This document shows positions 38,499 to 48,401 of a stretch of 64,000 bases of DNA, in pieces (within the stretch, counting starts at the first letter, position 1; each line of letters begins with the position of its first letter). The notes below the pieces were generated by a model. The model saw only the letters and a list, made by a program, of their open reading frames with translations. It was not told the origin of the DNA and searched no databases. The stretch is from an uncultured delta proteobacterium (GTDB taxonomy: Bacteria > Myxococcota > UBA727 > VGSZ01). The translations under genes were made by a program, and so were the position numbers. The stretch is taken from NCBI GenBank assembly GCA_963775425.1, contig CAVZJB010000012.1, positions 224,001 through 288,000 on the forward strand, read 5' to 3'.

Positions 38499-40687
38499 TG
38501 CACCACCGCGTCGGCCGGCACGTCGCGCGTAGCCACCTCGACGGCGGGCCCCTGCAGCGGGCGGCCGTCCATCTCCGGCGGGATGGGCAACGACAAGAAG
38601 CGCAGCACCGTGGGCGCGATGTCGTACGCGTGCGGGTGCTCGACGGCGAGCGGGAAGTTGGTGACGAGCGTGCCGGGCACGTACGACGCGTCGACGATGT
38701 GGTCGCGCTGCCACTTCTTGTCGTTGGGAGCGAGCACCGCCGGCGCCACGCCGCCGACGGCGGTCTGCCACGAGCCCCGCGTGCCCGCGCGGTAACCGAC
38801 GACGAGGTCCGGCGCCTTGTCCTGTTGCTTGCCCTGGTAGAGCTCCTCGCGTGTGTAGACCTGGTGCACCGGGTGCTGTCCGCTGTCCGCGTCCACGTAC
38901 GCGGCGAGCTTCGCCTTGATCTCGTTCGCGACGGCGAGGCGCTCGCCGGCCGGCACGATGCCGCTCTTCTCGCGCCCCGTGAGGTTGATGAAGATGTCGG
39001 CGAAGCCCACGGCGTAGGCGCGCGTCTTGTCCCAGTCGACGTAGCGGTACAGCTCTCCCGCGCTGCCCGCGGGGCGCGCGGCGTACGCGGCCTCGTCGAT
39101 GACCATGTAGCCGTTGTCCACGAGCCAGCGGTTGAGGTCGAAGGAGCGGTCGAACGACGTGAAGCCGTGGTCGGAGAAGATCATCACGGCGGTGTCTTCC
39201 GGGAGGCGATCGAGCACGGTGCCGAGGTAGGCGTCGAAGTCGACGAGGTACTTGCCGATGGCCGTGTCCTCGACGGGGCCGTCGATCGGCGTCATGTGCT
39301 GGATGCGGTCCGACGTGTCGAACACGAACGCGAGGACGCCGTGGTCGAAGCGCGACAGCTCGTAGTCGAGCATGCGGCGGCGCTCGCCCTCGACGTCCTT
39401 GCACATGGCGAGGAACTGGGCCTCGTCGATGCGACCCTCGCCGAGGGCCTTGGTGTCCTCCGGCATCCCGAGCGTGTGGTACGCGCCGATCTCCTTCTTG
39501 AGCTCCGCCGCGTACGCCGGCGGCTGCGTGAACGGCACCACCGGCGCGTCGGGCTCGAGCTCGACCGCCGTGACGAAGAGCGCGAACGGATCGTGGGCGC
39601 TCACGAGGAGCAACTTCACCTGACCGGCCACCTTCTTGAACAGGCCGGAGGTGAACGTGAGCTCGACGTGGCGGCTCCACTTGCCGAGCGGCAGGGTCAC
39701 CGTGTTCTTCCCGATGCGCGCGACGGCGCCGTTGCCGTCGGGCGCGAGCTGCACGTGCAGCGGCAGCTTGAGGTCCTTGGCGCCGCCGAGCGCCCACGCC
39801 TGCGGCCCGATGAGCTCGGTGTCGACGACGCCGTCTTTGGGCACGACCACGGTGACCTTCTCCGCGCCCTCTTCGCCCGCCGGCGGCGCATGGTCGGTGA
39901 AGAAGGAGTAGCGCCCGAGGCCGCCGCGCACGTCGGGGACGCCGAGGCCGGCGAGCATGCGCAGGTTCTCGTCGGGGGGCGGGAAGGTCATGGGCCAGCG
40001 GATGACCGTGGTGGGGACCCCGTTTTTGGCGGCGACGTCCCAGAACGCGGACGCGTGCAGCGGGTACTTGTACGCGCCCCCGGCGCCGCGCGACTGCAGC
40101 GCCAGCTCCGGCAGGTAGCGATCCGGATCCCGGCCGATGAAGTCGAACACGCCGTGCTTGCCGGGGTTCTGGCCCGTCGCGAGCGACGCCCACACCACGG
40201 GGCTCTCCGGCGGGTTCGGCACCGCCAGGGGCTCGAGCGCGCCGTCGTCGGCGAGCCGCGCGAAATTCGGGAGGAGGCCCTTGTCGACGAGGGCGCGGAC
40301 CATCTTGGGATCGACGCCGTCGAGGCCGAGGAGGAGGACGCGTTCGGACGTGGAAGCCATGGTTTCGTCTCCGGAGGAAAACAGCGCGGGAGCCGCCAGG
40401 AAGGCGCCGCCGCTCGCTCCACCGAGGAGCGCGACGACGACGACGACGGCGGCGGCGGCGGGGTGCTTGCGCGCCGTCCGCCACAGGAAGCCGGCGACGC
40501 GATAGATGCGCAGCTTGAAGGCCGCGAAGGCGATGGCGATCCACGCGAGGATGGAGCCGCCCCAGCCCACCACGAGGCCGGCGGTGCCCGGGTCGATGTA
40601 CGCGTACGCGGGCGCGGCCGCGAGCAGCGCCACGGCGACGACGACGACGACGACGTGCGGGGCGCGCGCCCCGGGATTACTGGACAT
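38495..40687 (-). CDS. Alkaline-phosphatase superfamily phosphodiesterase with an N-terminal YIDPGT membrane module
   Basis: LGLDGVDP, PPESPVVW, DRIQH, FSDHG, DIAPT; N-terminal AYAYIDPGTAG plus TM segments; internal ATG 40360 with GGAG. Confidence 0.88.
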   Translation of the reverse strand: MSSNPGARAPHVVVVVVAVALLAAAPAYAYIDPGTAGLVVGWGGSILAWIAIAFAAFKLRIYRVAGFLWRTARKHPAAAAVVVVVALLGGASGGAFLAAPALFSSGDETMASTSERVLLLGLDGVDPKMVRALVDKGLLPNFARLADDGALEPLAVPNPPESPVVWASLATGQNPGKHGVFDFIGRDPDRYLPELALQSRGAGGAYKYPLHASAFWDVAAKNGVPTTVIRWPMTFPPPDENLRMLAGLGVPDVRGGLGRYSFFTDHAPPAGEEGAEKVTVVVPKDGVVDTELIGPQAWALGGAKDLKLPLHVQLAPDGNGAVARIGKNTVTLPLGKWSRHVELTFTSGLFKKVAGQVKLLLVSAHDPFALFVTAVELEPDAPVVPFTQPPAYAAELKKEIGAYHTLGMPEDTKALGEGRIDEAQFLAMCKDVEGERRRMLDYELSRFDHGVLAFVFDTSDRIQHMTPIDGPVEDTAIGKYLVDFDAYLGTVLDRLPEDTAVMIFSDHGFTSFDRSFDLNRWLVDNGYMVIDEAAYAARPAGSAGELYRYVDWDKTRAYAVGFADIFINLTGREKSGIVPAGERLAVANEIKAKLAAYVDADSGQHPVHQVYTREELYQGKQQDKAPDLVVGYRAGTRGSWQTAVGGVAPAVLAPNDKKWQRDHIVDASYVPGTLVTNFPLAVEHPHAYDIAPTVLRFLSLPIPPEMDGRPLQGPAVEVATRDVPADAVVQ

Positions 40688-42137
40688 AGCCGAGGCTCCG
40701 GAGGTTCTCGAGCGCGCGGGTGGAGACGTCGTTCACCGGAGCGCTCCGGTCGGGCGCCTGCGCCGCCTTCATCCAGGCGCGCAGGTGCTTCACCATCTTC
40801 AGCGGCTCGTCGGGGAGCGTGCCGGCGCCCGCCAGGTTCTTCCTGTCGAGCGGATCGTGTTGTCGATCGTAGACGTGCAGGACTTCGTGCTCGAAGTTGA
40901 CGCTGGGCAGGAGCTCGCGGCGCGGGATGCGCTTGTCGAACACCTTGGCGTCGGCGGGGGTCTGCAGGATCACGCGCCAGCGGAGGTTGGCGAGCGCGGA
41001 GCGGTGAACACCGAAGTTGTTGAACTCGGAGAGCACGGTGCGGCCTGGGTCCAGCGGCCGGCGCAACAGTGTCCCGAGGTCGCTGCCGGGGAGCGTGGGG
41101 CGCGGCCTGCCGCCGGCCCACGTGACGAGCGTGGGGAGCAGATCGATGTGCTGCGTGACGTGGAGGACGTCGCCGTGCCCGGGTAGCTCCCGCGACTTGA
41201 TGAGGAGCGGGACGCGAATGATTTCGTCACCGTGGTGGTAGCCGTGCAGATAATAGCCGTGCTCGCCGAAGCCCTCGCCGTGGTCTGCGGTGAGCACCAC
41301 GGACGTCTTGTCGAGCAGGCCGCGCTCGTCGAGGTCGCCGAAGAACACCTTGGTCTGGTCGTCCATGTAGCGGATGGCGGCGTCATAGAGCGCGATCATC
41401 GAATCGCGCTCAGCCTTGGGGTAATGATTGTGGTATTCCCAATGCGCGTGCCGCCGCGGCTCGCCCGTGAAGCCCTTGGGCAGCCACGCGCGCTCGTACT
41501 CCGGCGGCGCGTGGTACGGGTCGTGCGGATCGATGAGCCACAGCAGCAGGAAGAACGGCCTTTTGGGGTCGCGCTTTTCGTCGAGCCACTTGCGCGCGGC
41601 GCCGTAGACCGTGCCCGCGGCGGGGAGCCCGTCCCACTGCGTGGTCGTGTCCACGTAGCTCTGGAAGCCGCGTTCGAGGCCGGCGACGGAGTCGGCGTTG
41701 CCGTTTCCGACGACGGCGGCGGTCTGATAGCCGAGCGCCGCGAGCTCCTGCGCGAGCGTGGGGATGCCGGCGGGCAGCTTGCTCTTGTCGGTCTGTGTGC
41801 GGTGCGCCGACGGATAGAGGCCCGTGAGCATGGAGGCCGCCGCCGGCCGCGTCCACGGCGCGTTCGTGTAGTGGTGGAGGAAGGTGAGGCCGTCGCGGAA
41901 GAACGACGCGATGAACGGCGTGGTGGGCTTGTCGTAACCGTACGCGCTCATGTGGTCGGGGCGCATGGCGTCGACCACGACGACGAGGATGTTGTCCTTC
42001 ACCCCCGGCGCGGCGCGCCCGATCTCCGCGGCGTGGGGCGCGTGGCCGGTGAAGTACGCACGGGCGATGCCACCGTCGGGATCTTCTCCTTGCGGTGCCG
42101 CGCCTGCGGCGAGAGCGAGCGCGACGAACATGAGCAT
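40677..42137 (-). CDS. Secreted sulfatase-like hydrolase (Thr at the formylglycine position)
   Basis: VVDAMRPDH, APWTRPAAASMLTG, DPHDPY, TADHGE, DLLPT, C-terminal LRSLGYVQ. Confidence 0.85.
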   Translation of the reverse strand: MLMFVALALAAGAAPQGEDPDGGIARAYFTGHAPHAAEIGRAAPGVKDNILVVVVDAMRPDHMSAYGYDKPTTPFIASFFRDGLTFLHHYTNAPWTRPAAASMLTGLYPSAHRTQTDKSKLPAGIPTLAQELAALGYQTAAVVGNGNADSVAGLERGFQSYVDTTTQWDGLPAAGTVYGAARKWLDEKRDPKRPFFLLLWLIDPHDPYHAPPEYERAWLPKGFTGEPRRHAHWEYHNHYPKAERDSMIALYDAAIRYMDDQTKVFFGDLDERGLLDKTSVVLTADHGEGFGEHGYYLHGYHHGDEIIRVPLLIKSRELPGHGDVLHVTQHIDLLPTLVTWAGGRPRPTLPGSDLGTLLRRPLDPGRTVLSEFNNFGVHRSALANLRWRVILQTPADAKVFDKRIPRRELLPSVNFEHEVLHVYDRQHDPLDRKNLAGAGTLPDEPLKMVKHLRAWMKAAQAPDRSAPVNDVSTRALENLRSLGYVQ

Positions 42138-42318
42138 GAACGACCGCTAACACGCGTCGTCGACGTCAACAAGCAAACCCGGGACGTGGAGAATTCCTCC
42201 CACCGCACGTCGCGCTTTCCTCGTTCCTGCATGAATCGCACACCGTCGCCGCACGGGCGGGCGAATCGATTCCGCGGCGCGGTGCGCGCCGAATCCGAAA
42301 TCGTGGGCTCGCCGCGCG

Positions 42319-42663
42319 TCAGAAGCGGTGCGGCTTCTCCGGCGTCTCGGCGAGCGCGCGGCTGCGCCGCTCGGGGCGCTCGGCGAGCATGTCCCGCCGT
42401 CGCCGCCCCGCCTCGTTCGTCGTGGCGGCGCCGGCGGGCGGCGGCGTGTCGTAGGGGTAGACGCCGTCGACGGGCGAGTAGACATAGCCCCAGCCATCGG
42501 CCCACCACCAGTCGCCGCGCGTCTTGACGTCGACGGGGACATACGACGGCTGGGCCCCCACGTGCGCCGGCGGGGCGGAGGCCGGTGGCCGCGTGGTGAT
42601 GCAGCCGCCCGCCGCGAGGGCCACGGCGGCGAGCAGCAGGGGCCGGAGGGTGCGCGCTGTCAT
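42319..42663 (-). CDS. Small lipoprotein
   Basis: LAAGGC lipobox, aromatic WWWADGWGYVY segment. Confidence 0.55.
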   Translation of the reverse strand: MTARTLRPLLLAAVALAAGGCITTRPPASAPPAHVGAQPSYVPVDVKTRGDWWWADGWGYVYSPVDGVYPYDTPPPAGAATTNEAGRRRRDMLAERPERRSRALAETPEKPHRF

Positions 42664-42762
42664 ATCGTCGATCTAGAGAAGGCGGGCGTCGTCGTCAGCG
42701 TCGCCGGATCGAGGCGTGGGCCGCGTGCGGAATGGCCCGCGTCGACGTGGCGTTGTGCGCGC

Positions 42763-43503
42763 ATGGCACCCTCGCAGCCCGCGCAGATCCCCGGCATCGA
42801 CATCGCGTGCATCGCCTGCGCGCGGCGGCGCACGCGGAGCGCGCGGCTCGCGGGCGCGCGCCTCGCGTTCGGCGCGTTCCTCGTCGTCAGCATCGTCGCG
42901 GCGACGGCGGCGTCGTGGTGCTTGAAGCCGCACTTCATGATCTGCACGCCCGCGCCGCGCCACGCCCTCGAGGCGGTCGAGCTGCTCCTCGCGCTGGCGC
43001 CGTGGGGCGGCGCGGCCGTGGCGGCGGCGCTCGGCGCCCTGTGCGGCGGCGGGCAGGGCGGCGCGCGGCGCACCTGGGTGTCGTGGGCGGTGGCGGCCGG
43101 CGGCGTCGGCCTCGCCGCGCCCGCGACGCTCCAGTTCTTCCACACGTGGCCGCTGCTGCATCCGTACCTGCGCTGCGACGCGGCGTTCTTCACCTGGTTG
43201 AACGTCGAGCCGCTCTTCCTCGGGCCGACGTGGGGGGTGTTCGCGGTTCTCTGCGCGGCGCGCGCCGGCACGCTCGCCGCCACCGGGACGGCGCGCCCGC
43301 GCCTCCGGTGGATCGTCGCCGCCACCGCCGCCGTCAGCGTCGTGTGGGTCGCGGTGATCGCGTTCGTCTTCGACCCGCTGGCGGCCGTGGGGCTGGTCCC
43401 GCTCTCGCTGGTTGTCGCCGTCGACGTCGCCATCATCGCCGCCATCGTCGTGGCCGCGCTCTCGTGGGCTCAGCGGCGGTCCGCCGTCAGCGCACGAGAC
43501 TGA
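42763..43503 (+). CDS. Multi-TM membrane protein (paralog A)
   Basis: About 6 hydrophobic helices; shares motifs with 44461..45144. Confidence 0.6.
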   Translation: MAPSQPAQIPGIDIACIACARRRTRSARLAGARLAFGAFLVVSIVAATAASWCLKPHFMICTPAPRHALEAVELLLALAPWGGAAVAAALGALCGGGQGGARRTWVSWAVAAGGVGLAAPATLQFFHTWPLLHPYLRCDAAFFTWLNVEPLFLGPTWGVFAVLCAARAGTLAATGTARPRLRWIVAATAAVSVVWVAVIAFVFDPLAAVGLVPLSLVVAVDVAIIAAIVVAALSWAQRRSAVSARD

Positions 43504-44361
43504 TGACGATGACCGAGTCGATCTCGACGGCCGAATTCCTGGCGCGCACGGCGAAGCCGCCGCCCGCGGCGCCGCCGACGCCGGCGGCGTCGACCTCGGT
43601 GCCGCTGTCCTCCACCCAGGCGCAGCCGAGCTGCCCGCCGCCGCCGCCGGCGACGATCAGGAACGAGTGCCCGACGGGATCGACGGGCAGCGGGCTCGAA
43701 TCGAGCGTGGACGAGAGCTGGTTGTTCGCGAGCTCGATGAGCGCGAGCGCGTGGCTCGGCTCGTGGTTGGACTCGCAGTCGATGCCGTCGACGGGGCCGG
43801 TCATGTGCGTCATGACGCCGACGTTGGCGAGGGCGCCGCCGACGCTCTCGAAGCGGATGTGCGCCGCGATGACGGTGTCGGCCGTGTCGATGTCGGTGCG
43901 GCGCAGGAGATCGATGCGCGTGTCGTCGGCGTGGACCGCGGCGTCGCCCTGGACGGTGAAGGCGCCGCCGTCGTCGATCCAGCCTGCGTCGAGCGCGCTT
44001 CCGGAGAACGCGTCGAACAAGAGGACGGCGTTGCCGGAGACGGTGGGGTCGGGATCGCACACGTCACCGACCCCGTCCGGCTCGGCGCCCGCCTGAAGCT
44101 CGAGGAGGTCGTCCTGCCCGGGGTTCGGCGTGGCCGGGCAGTTGTCGCACGCGTCGTCGACGCCGTCCTGGTCCTCGTCGTGCCCGACGGGGACGCACCC
44201 TCGCCCTCCGCGCCGGCGGGCGGAGCGACGCAGGCGCCCGCGAGGCAGACGAAGCCATCGATGCAGGCGTGGGTGTCGTCGCAGAGCTTTCCGCCGAGCT
44301 CGACGTCCTCGAGGCACGCGGCGAAGGGGATCGCGCCGACGAGGAGCCACTGCGGCCGCAT
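43487..44361 (-). pseudogene. Thrombospondin type-3 repeat lipoprotein split by an apparent 1-nt frameshift near 44198-44200
   Basis: MRPQWLLVGAIPFAAC...AEGEG is in one frame; CVPVGHDEDQDGVDDACDNCP continues in another. Confidence 0.7.
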
Positions 44362-44460
44362 CGCGCGCGATCGTAGGTCCGTCGGCGTCGCAGTGCCAGA
44401 GGTCGGCGCTGTCCGCTGCGCGCGAGGAATCGCCGATCCCGTCGGAGCGTTCTTCCCGGG

Positions 44461-45144
44461 ATGACGCCGTCGCTCCCCGCGCAGATCCACGTCCCCGACC
44501 TGCGGCCGCACCCCGACGAGGCACGGCGCGCGTCATACGCCGCCGCGCGCCTCGCCTTCGGGGCCGCGCTCATCGCCGGCCTCGGCGCCGCCGCGCTCTC
44601 GGCGTGGATGGGCCCCTCGCCCGTGCTCGTCCTGCCGCTCGCGTGGCTGGCTGCCGCCGTCATCGCCGCCGCCGCCGCCGGCCTCGCGCGCGCGGGCATC
44701 CTCGCGCCTCCGCCGCTGACGACGTCGTGGGCGGTGCTCTTCGCGGGCATCGCGTGCATCGCGCCCTTGAGCCTGCACCTCGTCGTCGACGCACCCGCCT
44801 GGGCGCCGCTCCGCTGCTTCTCGGGCCCGGGGTTCGCGGCGTGGACGCGCAGCACGTGTCTCCTCGCCGGCCCGGCCCACGTGGTCTTCGCCGCGCTCTG
44901 CGCGCGCCGCGCCGCGCGGCTCGCCCGCCTCGGGGCACCCGCCAGCGGCCTCGGCAAGGCGCGCCCGCGGCGCATCGTCGTCGTCGCCGCGCCGATGGCG
45001 GTGACGCTCGCCATCGACTGCATCGGCTTTGGGCCCTACGGGGTGCTGCCGGCGCTCTACGTCGGCGTCACCGGCGCGGTGATCGTGGGCGCGCTGTCGT
45101 TCCTCGAAGCCGCCGTCGTTCGCAGCGCGATCCCGCAGGAGTGA
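44461..45144 (+). CDS. Multi-TM membrane protein (paralog B)
   Basis: ARLAFGA, LRC and VFAALCARRA are shared with paralog A. Confidence 0.65.
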   Translation: MTPSLPAQIHVPDLRPHPDEARRASYAAARLAFGAALIAGLGAAALSAWMGPSPVLVLPLAWLAAAVIAAAAAGLARAGILAPPPLTTSWAVLFAGIACIAPLSLHLVVDAPAWAPLRCFSGPGFAAWTRSTCLLAGPAHVVFAALCARRAARLARLGAPASGLGKARPRRIVVVAAPMAVTLAIDCIGFGPYGVLPALYVGVTGAVIVGALSFLEAAVVRSAIPQE

Positions 45145-45310
45145 TCAGCGACCGGAGGGAGCGGTCGCGCTGATCAGCGACCGGAGGGAGCGGCCGCGCT
45201 GATCAGCGACCGGAGGGAGCGGCCGCGCTGATCAGCGACCGGAGGGAGCGGCCGCGCTGATCAGCGACCGGAGGGAGCGGCCGCGCTGATCAGCGACCGG
45301 AGGGAGCGGC
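45142..45310. repeat. Tandem array of about 5.8 copies of 29-bp TGATCAGCGACCGGAGGGAGCGGCCGCGC
   Basis: Units start at 45142, 45171, 45200, 45229, 45258 and 45287; no spacers. Confidence 0.95.
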
Positions 45311-45312
45311 GT

Positions 45313-45666
45313 CTACGCGGGCGGGACCGCGCCGAGCGCCGCGAACGGTGGAGCGTCGCGGTCGCTGGAGCGGCACTTGGCGTCGAAGACCACGCCGATG
45401 TCGTGCTCCGGCACGATGACGTCCAGGCGGCGGGGCGCGTCGCCGATGACGACGGAGATGCGGCCGGGGCGCACGGCGAAGGCGCGGAAGTGGCCGTCGG
45501 CGTCCGTGGCCGTGCGGCGGCCGTCGACGAGGACGCGGGCGCCGGCGACCGGCGCGCCGCGGGCGTTGCACAGCTCTCCCTGCACCTCACCGAAGAGGCT
45601 CCGCAGAGGGGTCCCGCACGACGCGAGCAGGGCTGCGAAGAGGACGACGACGCCAACGCGCTTCAC
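45313..45666 (-). CDS. Small lipoprotein, carboxypeptidase-regulatory-like beta domain
   Basis: LLASC lipobox; G.PVAGARV..., TATDADGHF. Confidence 0.6.
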   Translation of the reverse strand: MKRVGVVVLFAALLASCGTPLRSLFGEVQGELCNARGAPVAGARVLVDGRRTATDADGHFRAFAVRPGRISVVIGDAPRRLDVIVPEHDIGVVFDAKCRSSDRDAPPFAALGAVPPA

Positions 45667-45777
45667 CCACGACCTCCGTCCGCGGCCCCCCATGGGGCCG
45701 GATGCCCAGTGTCTCCAAAGCCTCCCTCGGGCGGCCTCGGGTGATCCACCGAGCGCCCATGCGGCTCGGATCACAGC

Positions 45778-45806
45778 GCAACCTTCCTGTCGGCAGGCCC
45801 GATATG
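45778..45806 (+). promoter_or_regulatory. Sigma28-like promoter motif GCAAC-N16-CCGATATG
   Basis: Matches the motif upstream of the DUF1521 gene; ends 33 bp before the thioredoxin ATG. Confidence 0.45.
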
Positions 45807-45839
45807 TAGGACAAATACCTCCATTCACGGAGAAGCCCG

Positions 45840-46241
45840 ATGCCCGTCGTCTCTTCCGTCGCGCCCAGCTCCCGCCTCACCGCCACCGACCCCGTCCCGC
45901 TCATCCGGGCCACGGAGCTGCAGAAGACGGTGGCCAAGGGGCCCGTCGTGGTGGAGTTCTTCAACTTCGGCTGCCCCTTCTGTCGCGCGGCCATGCCGGA
46001 GCTCGACAAGGTGGCGCAGGAGAAGCTCGGCAAGGTGAAGTTCGCCCGCATGTCGCTCGCCGACCCGCAGGCGCAGGCGATGGCGGCGCAGCTCGGCATC
46101 TCGCTCCTGCCCGCGTTCGCCGTGTTCAACGACGGCAACTTCGTCGGGACCTTCGGCCGCGAGGGCGCCAACGGCGTCGACGCCAAGCTCATCCGCGACA
46201 ACGTCGGCTACGCCTTCGACAGCGTGGGTGTGAGGGTCTGA
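45840..46241 (+). CDS. Thioredoxin family protein (CPFC)
   Basis: PVVVEFFNFGCPFC, LP.F.VF.DG. Confidence 0.85.
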   Translation: MPVVSSVAPSSRLTATDPVPLIRATELQKTVAKGPVVVEFFNFGCPFCRAAMPELDKVAQEKLGKVKFARMSLADPQAQAMAAQLGISLLPAFAVFNDGNFVGTFGREGANGVDAKLIRDNVGYAFDSVGVRV

Positions 46242-46897
46242 TGCCGCTCGACGCCGTCTCCGGCTCCGCCTTCGTCCCCGCGCGCGACATCGCCGCGCGG
46301 ACGACGACGCCCCCCGCGGGCGACATCGTCTTCGTCCCCGCGCGCCGCCGCGTCTCCCTCGACCGCTTCGTGCCGAAGACGCCGTCGACGCCTGCCGAGA
46401 CGACGCCTGCGACGACGCCGGAGACGGCGAAGCGCGACCGGCCGATCCTCTTGTTCAACGGGCAGTGCGAGGTGTGCCAGGCGCTCTCTTCGTGGGTGAA
46501 GAAGCAGGACGCCAAGGGCGGCGACCTCATCGACGAGCGCCCCATCGGCGACGACCCCGAGGCGCTCAAGGCGCTCGACCCGCGCCTCGACATCTGGGAC
46601 GTCTACAAGGAGATCCACGTCCTGATGCCCGACGGCACCATCAAGAAGGGCGGCGAGGCCATCGGCGAGGTGTTGCGGCGCCTGCCCCACCTGGGTTTCC
46701 TCGGGCCCCTGCTCGACACGGGCCTGTTCGGCATGAAGCCGGTCCAGGCGGCGCTCGACGCCGGCTACAAGATCCTCGACGCGGCGCGCCCCGCCATCGG
46801 GTGCAAGAGCTGCGGTGGTGGACCGGTGGTGTGGTGGTCCAAGCCCATCAAGTGGACTGCCGACCTCGTGCGCTGGCTGCGCGGTCACGACACCTGA
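46241..46897 (+). CDS. DCC1-like (DUF393) thiol-disulfide oxidoreductase with a low-complexity N-terminus
   Basis: LLFNGQCEVC, IHV..PDG...GGEA; extra CKSC; TGATG coupling to the thioredoxin gene. Confidence 0.75.
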   Translation: MPLDAVSGSAFVPARDIAARTTTPPAGDIVFVPARRRVSLDRFVPKTPSTPAETTPATTPETAKRDRPILLFNGQCEVCQALSSWVKKQDAKGGDLIDERPIGDDPEALKALDPRLDIWDVYKEIHVLMPDGTIKKGGEAIGEVLRRLPHLGFLGPLLDTGLFGMKPVQAALDAGYKILDAARPAIGCKSCGGGPVVWWSKPIKWTADLVRWLRGHDT

Positions 46898-46941
46898 ACG
46901 CACGCGCGGGGAGATTCCGCCCCGCTGTCGTCGACGCGTAG

Positions 46942-48381
<1,440 letters not shown>

Positions 48382-48401
48382 ACCACGGCGCTCGCTCGTC
48401 G

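Noticed and set aside
36972-40544. 1190-aa ORF as one protein
   Set aside because: Only the part from GTG 38498 is a recognisable enzyme; the rest is an off-frame overlap of the 38495..40687 gene.
40677-42137. Calling this a true arylsulfatase
   Set aside because: The C/S-x-P-x-R formylglycine motif is absent (T-R-P-A-A).
45142-45310. CRISPR array (29-bp repeats)
   Set aside because: Units are head-to-tail with no spacers, and no cas genes are present.
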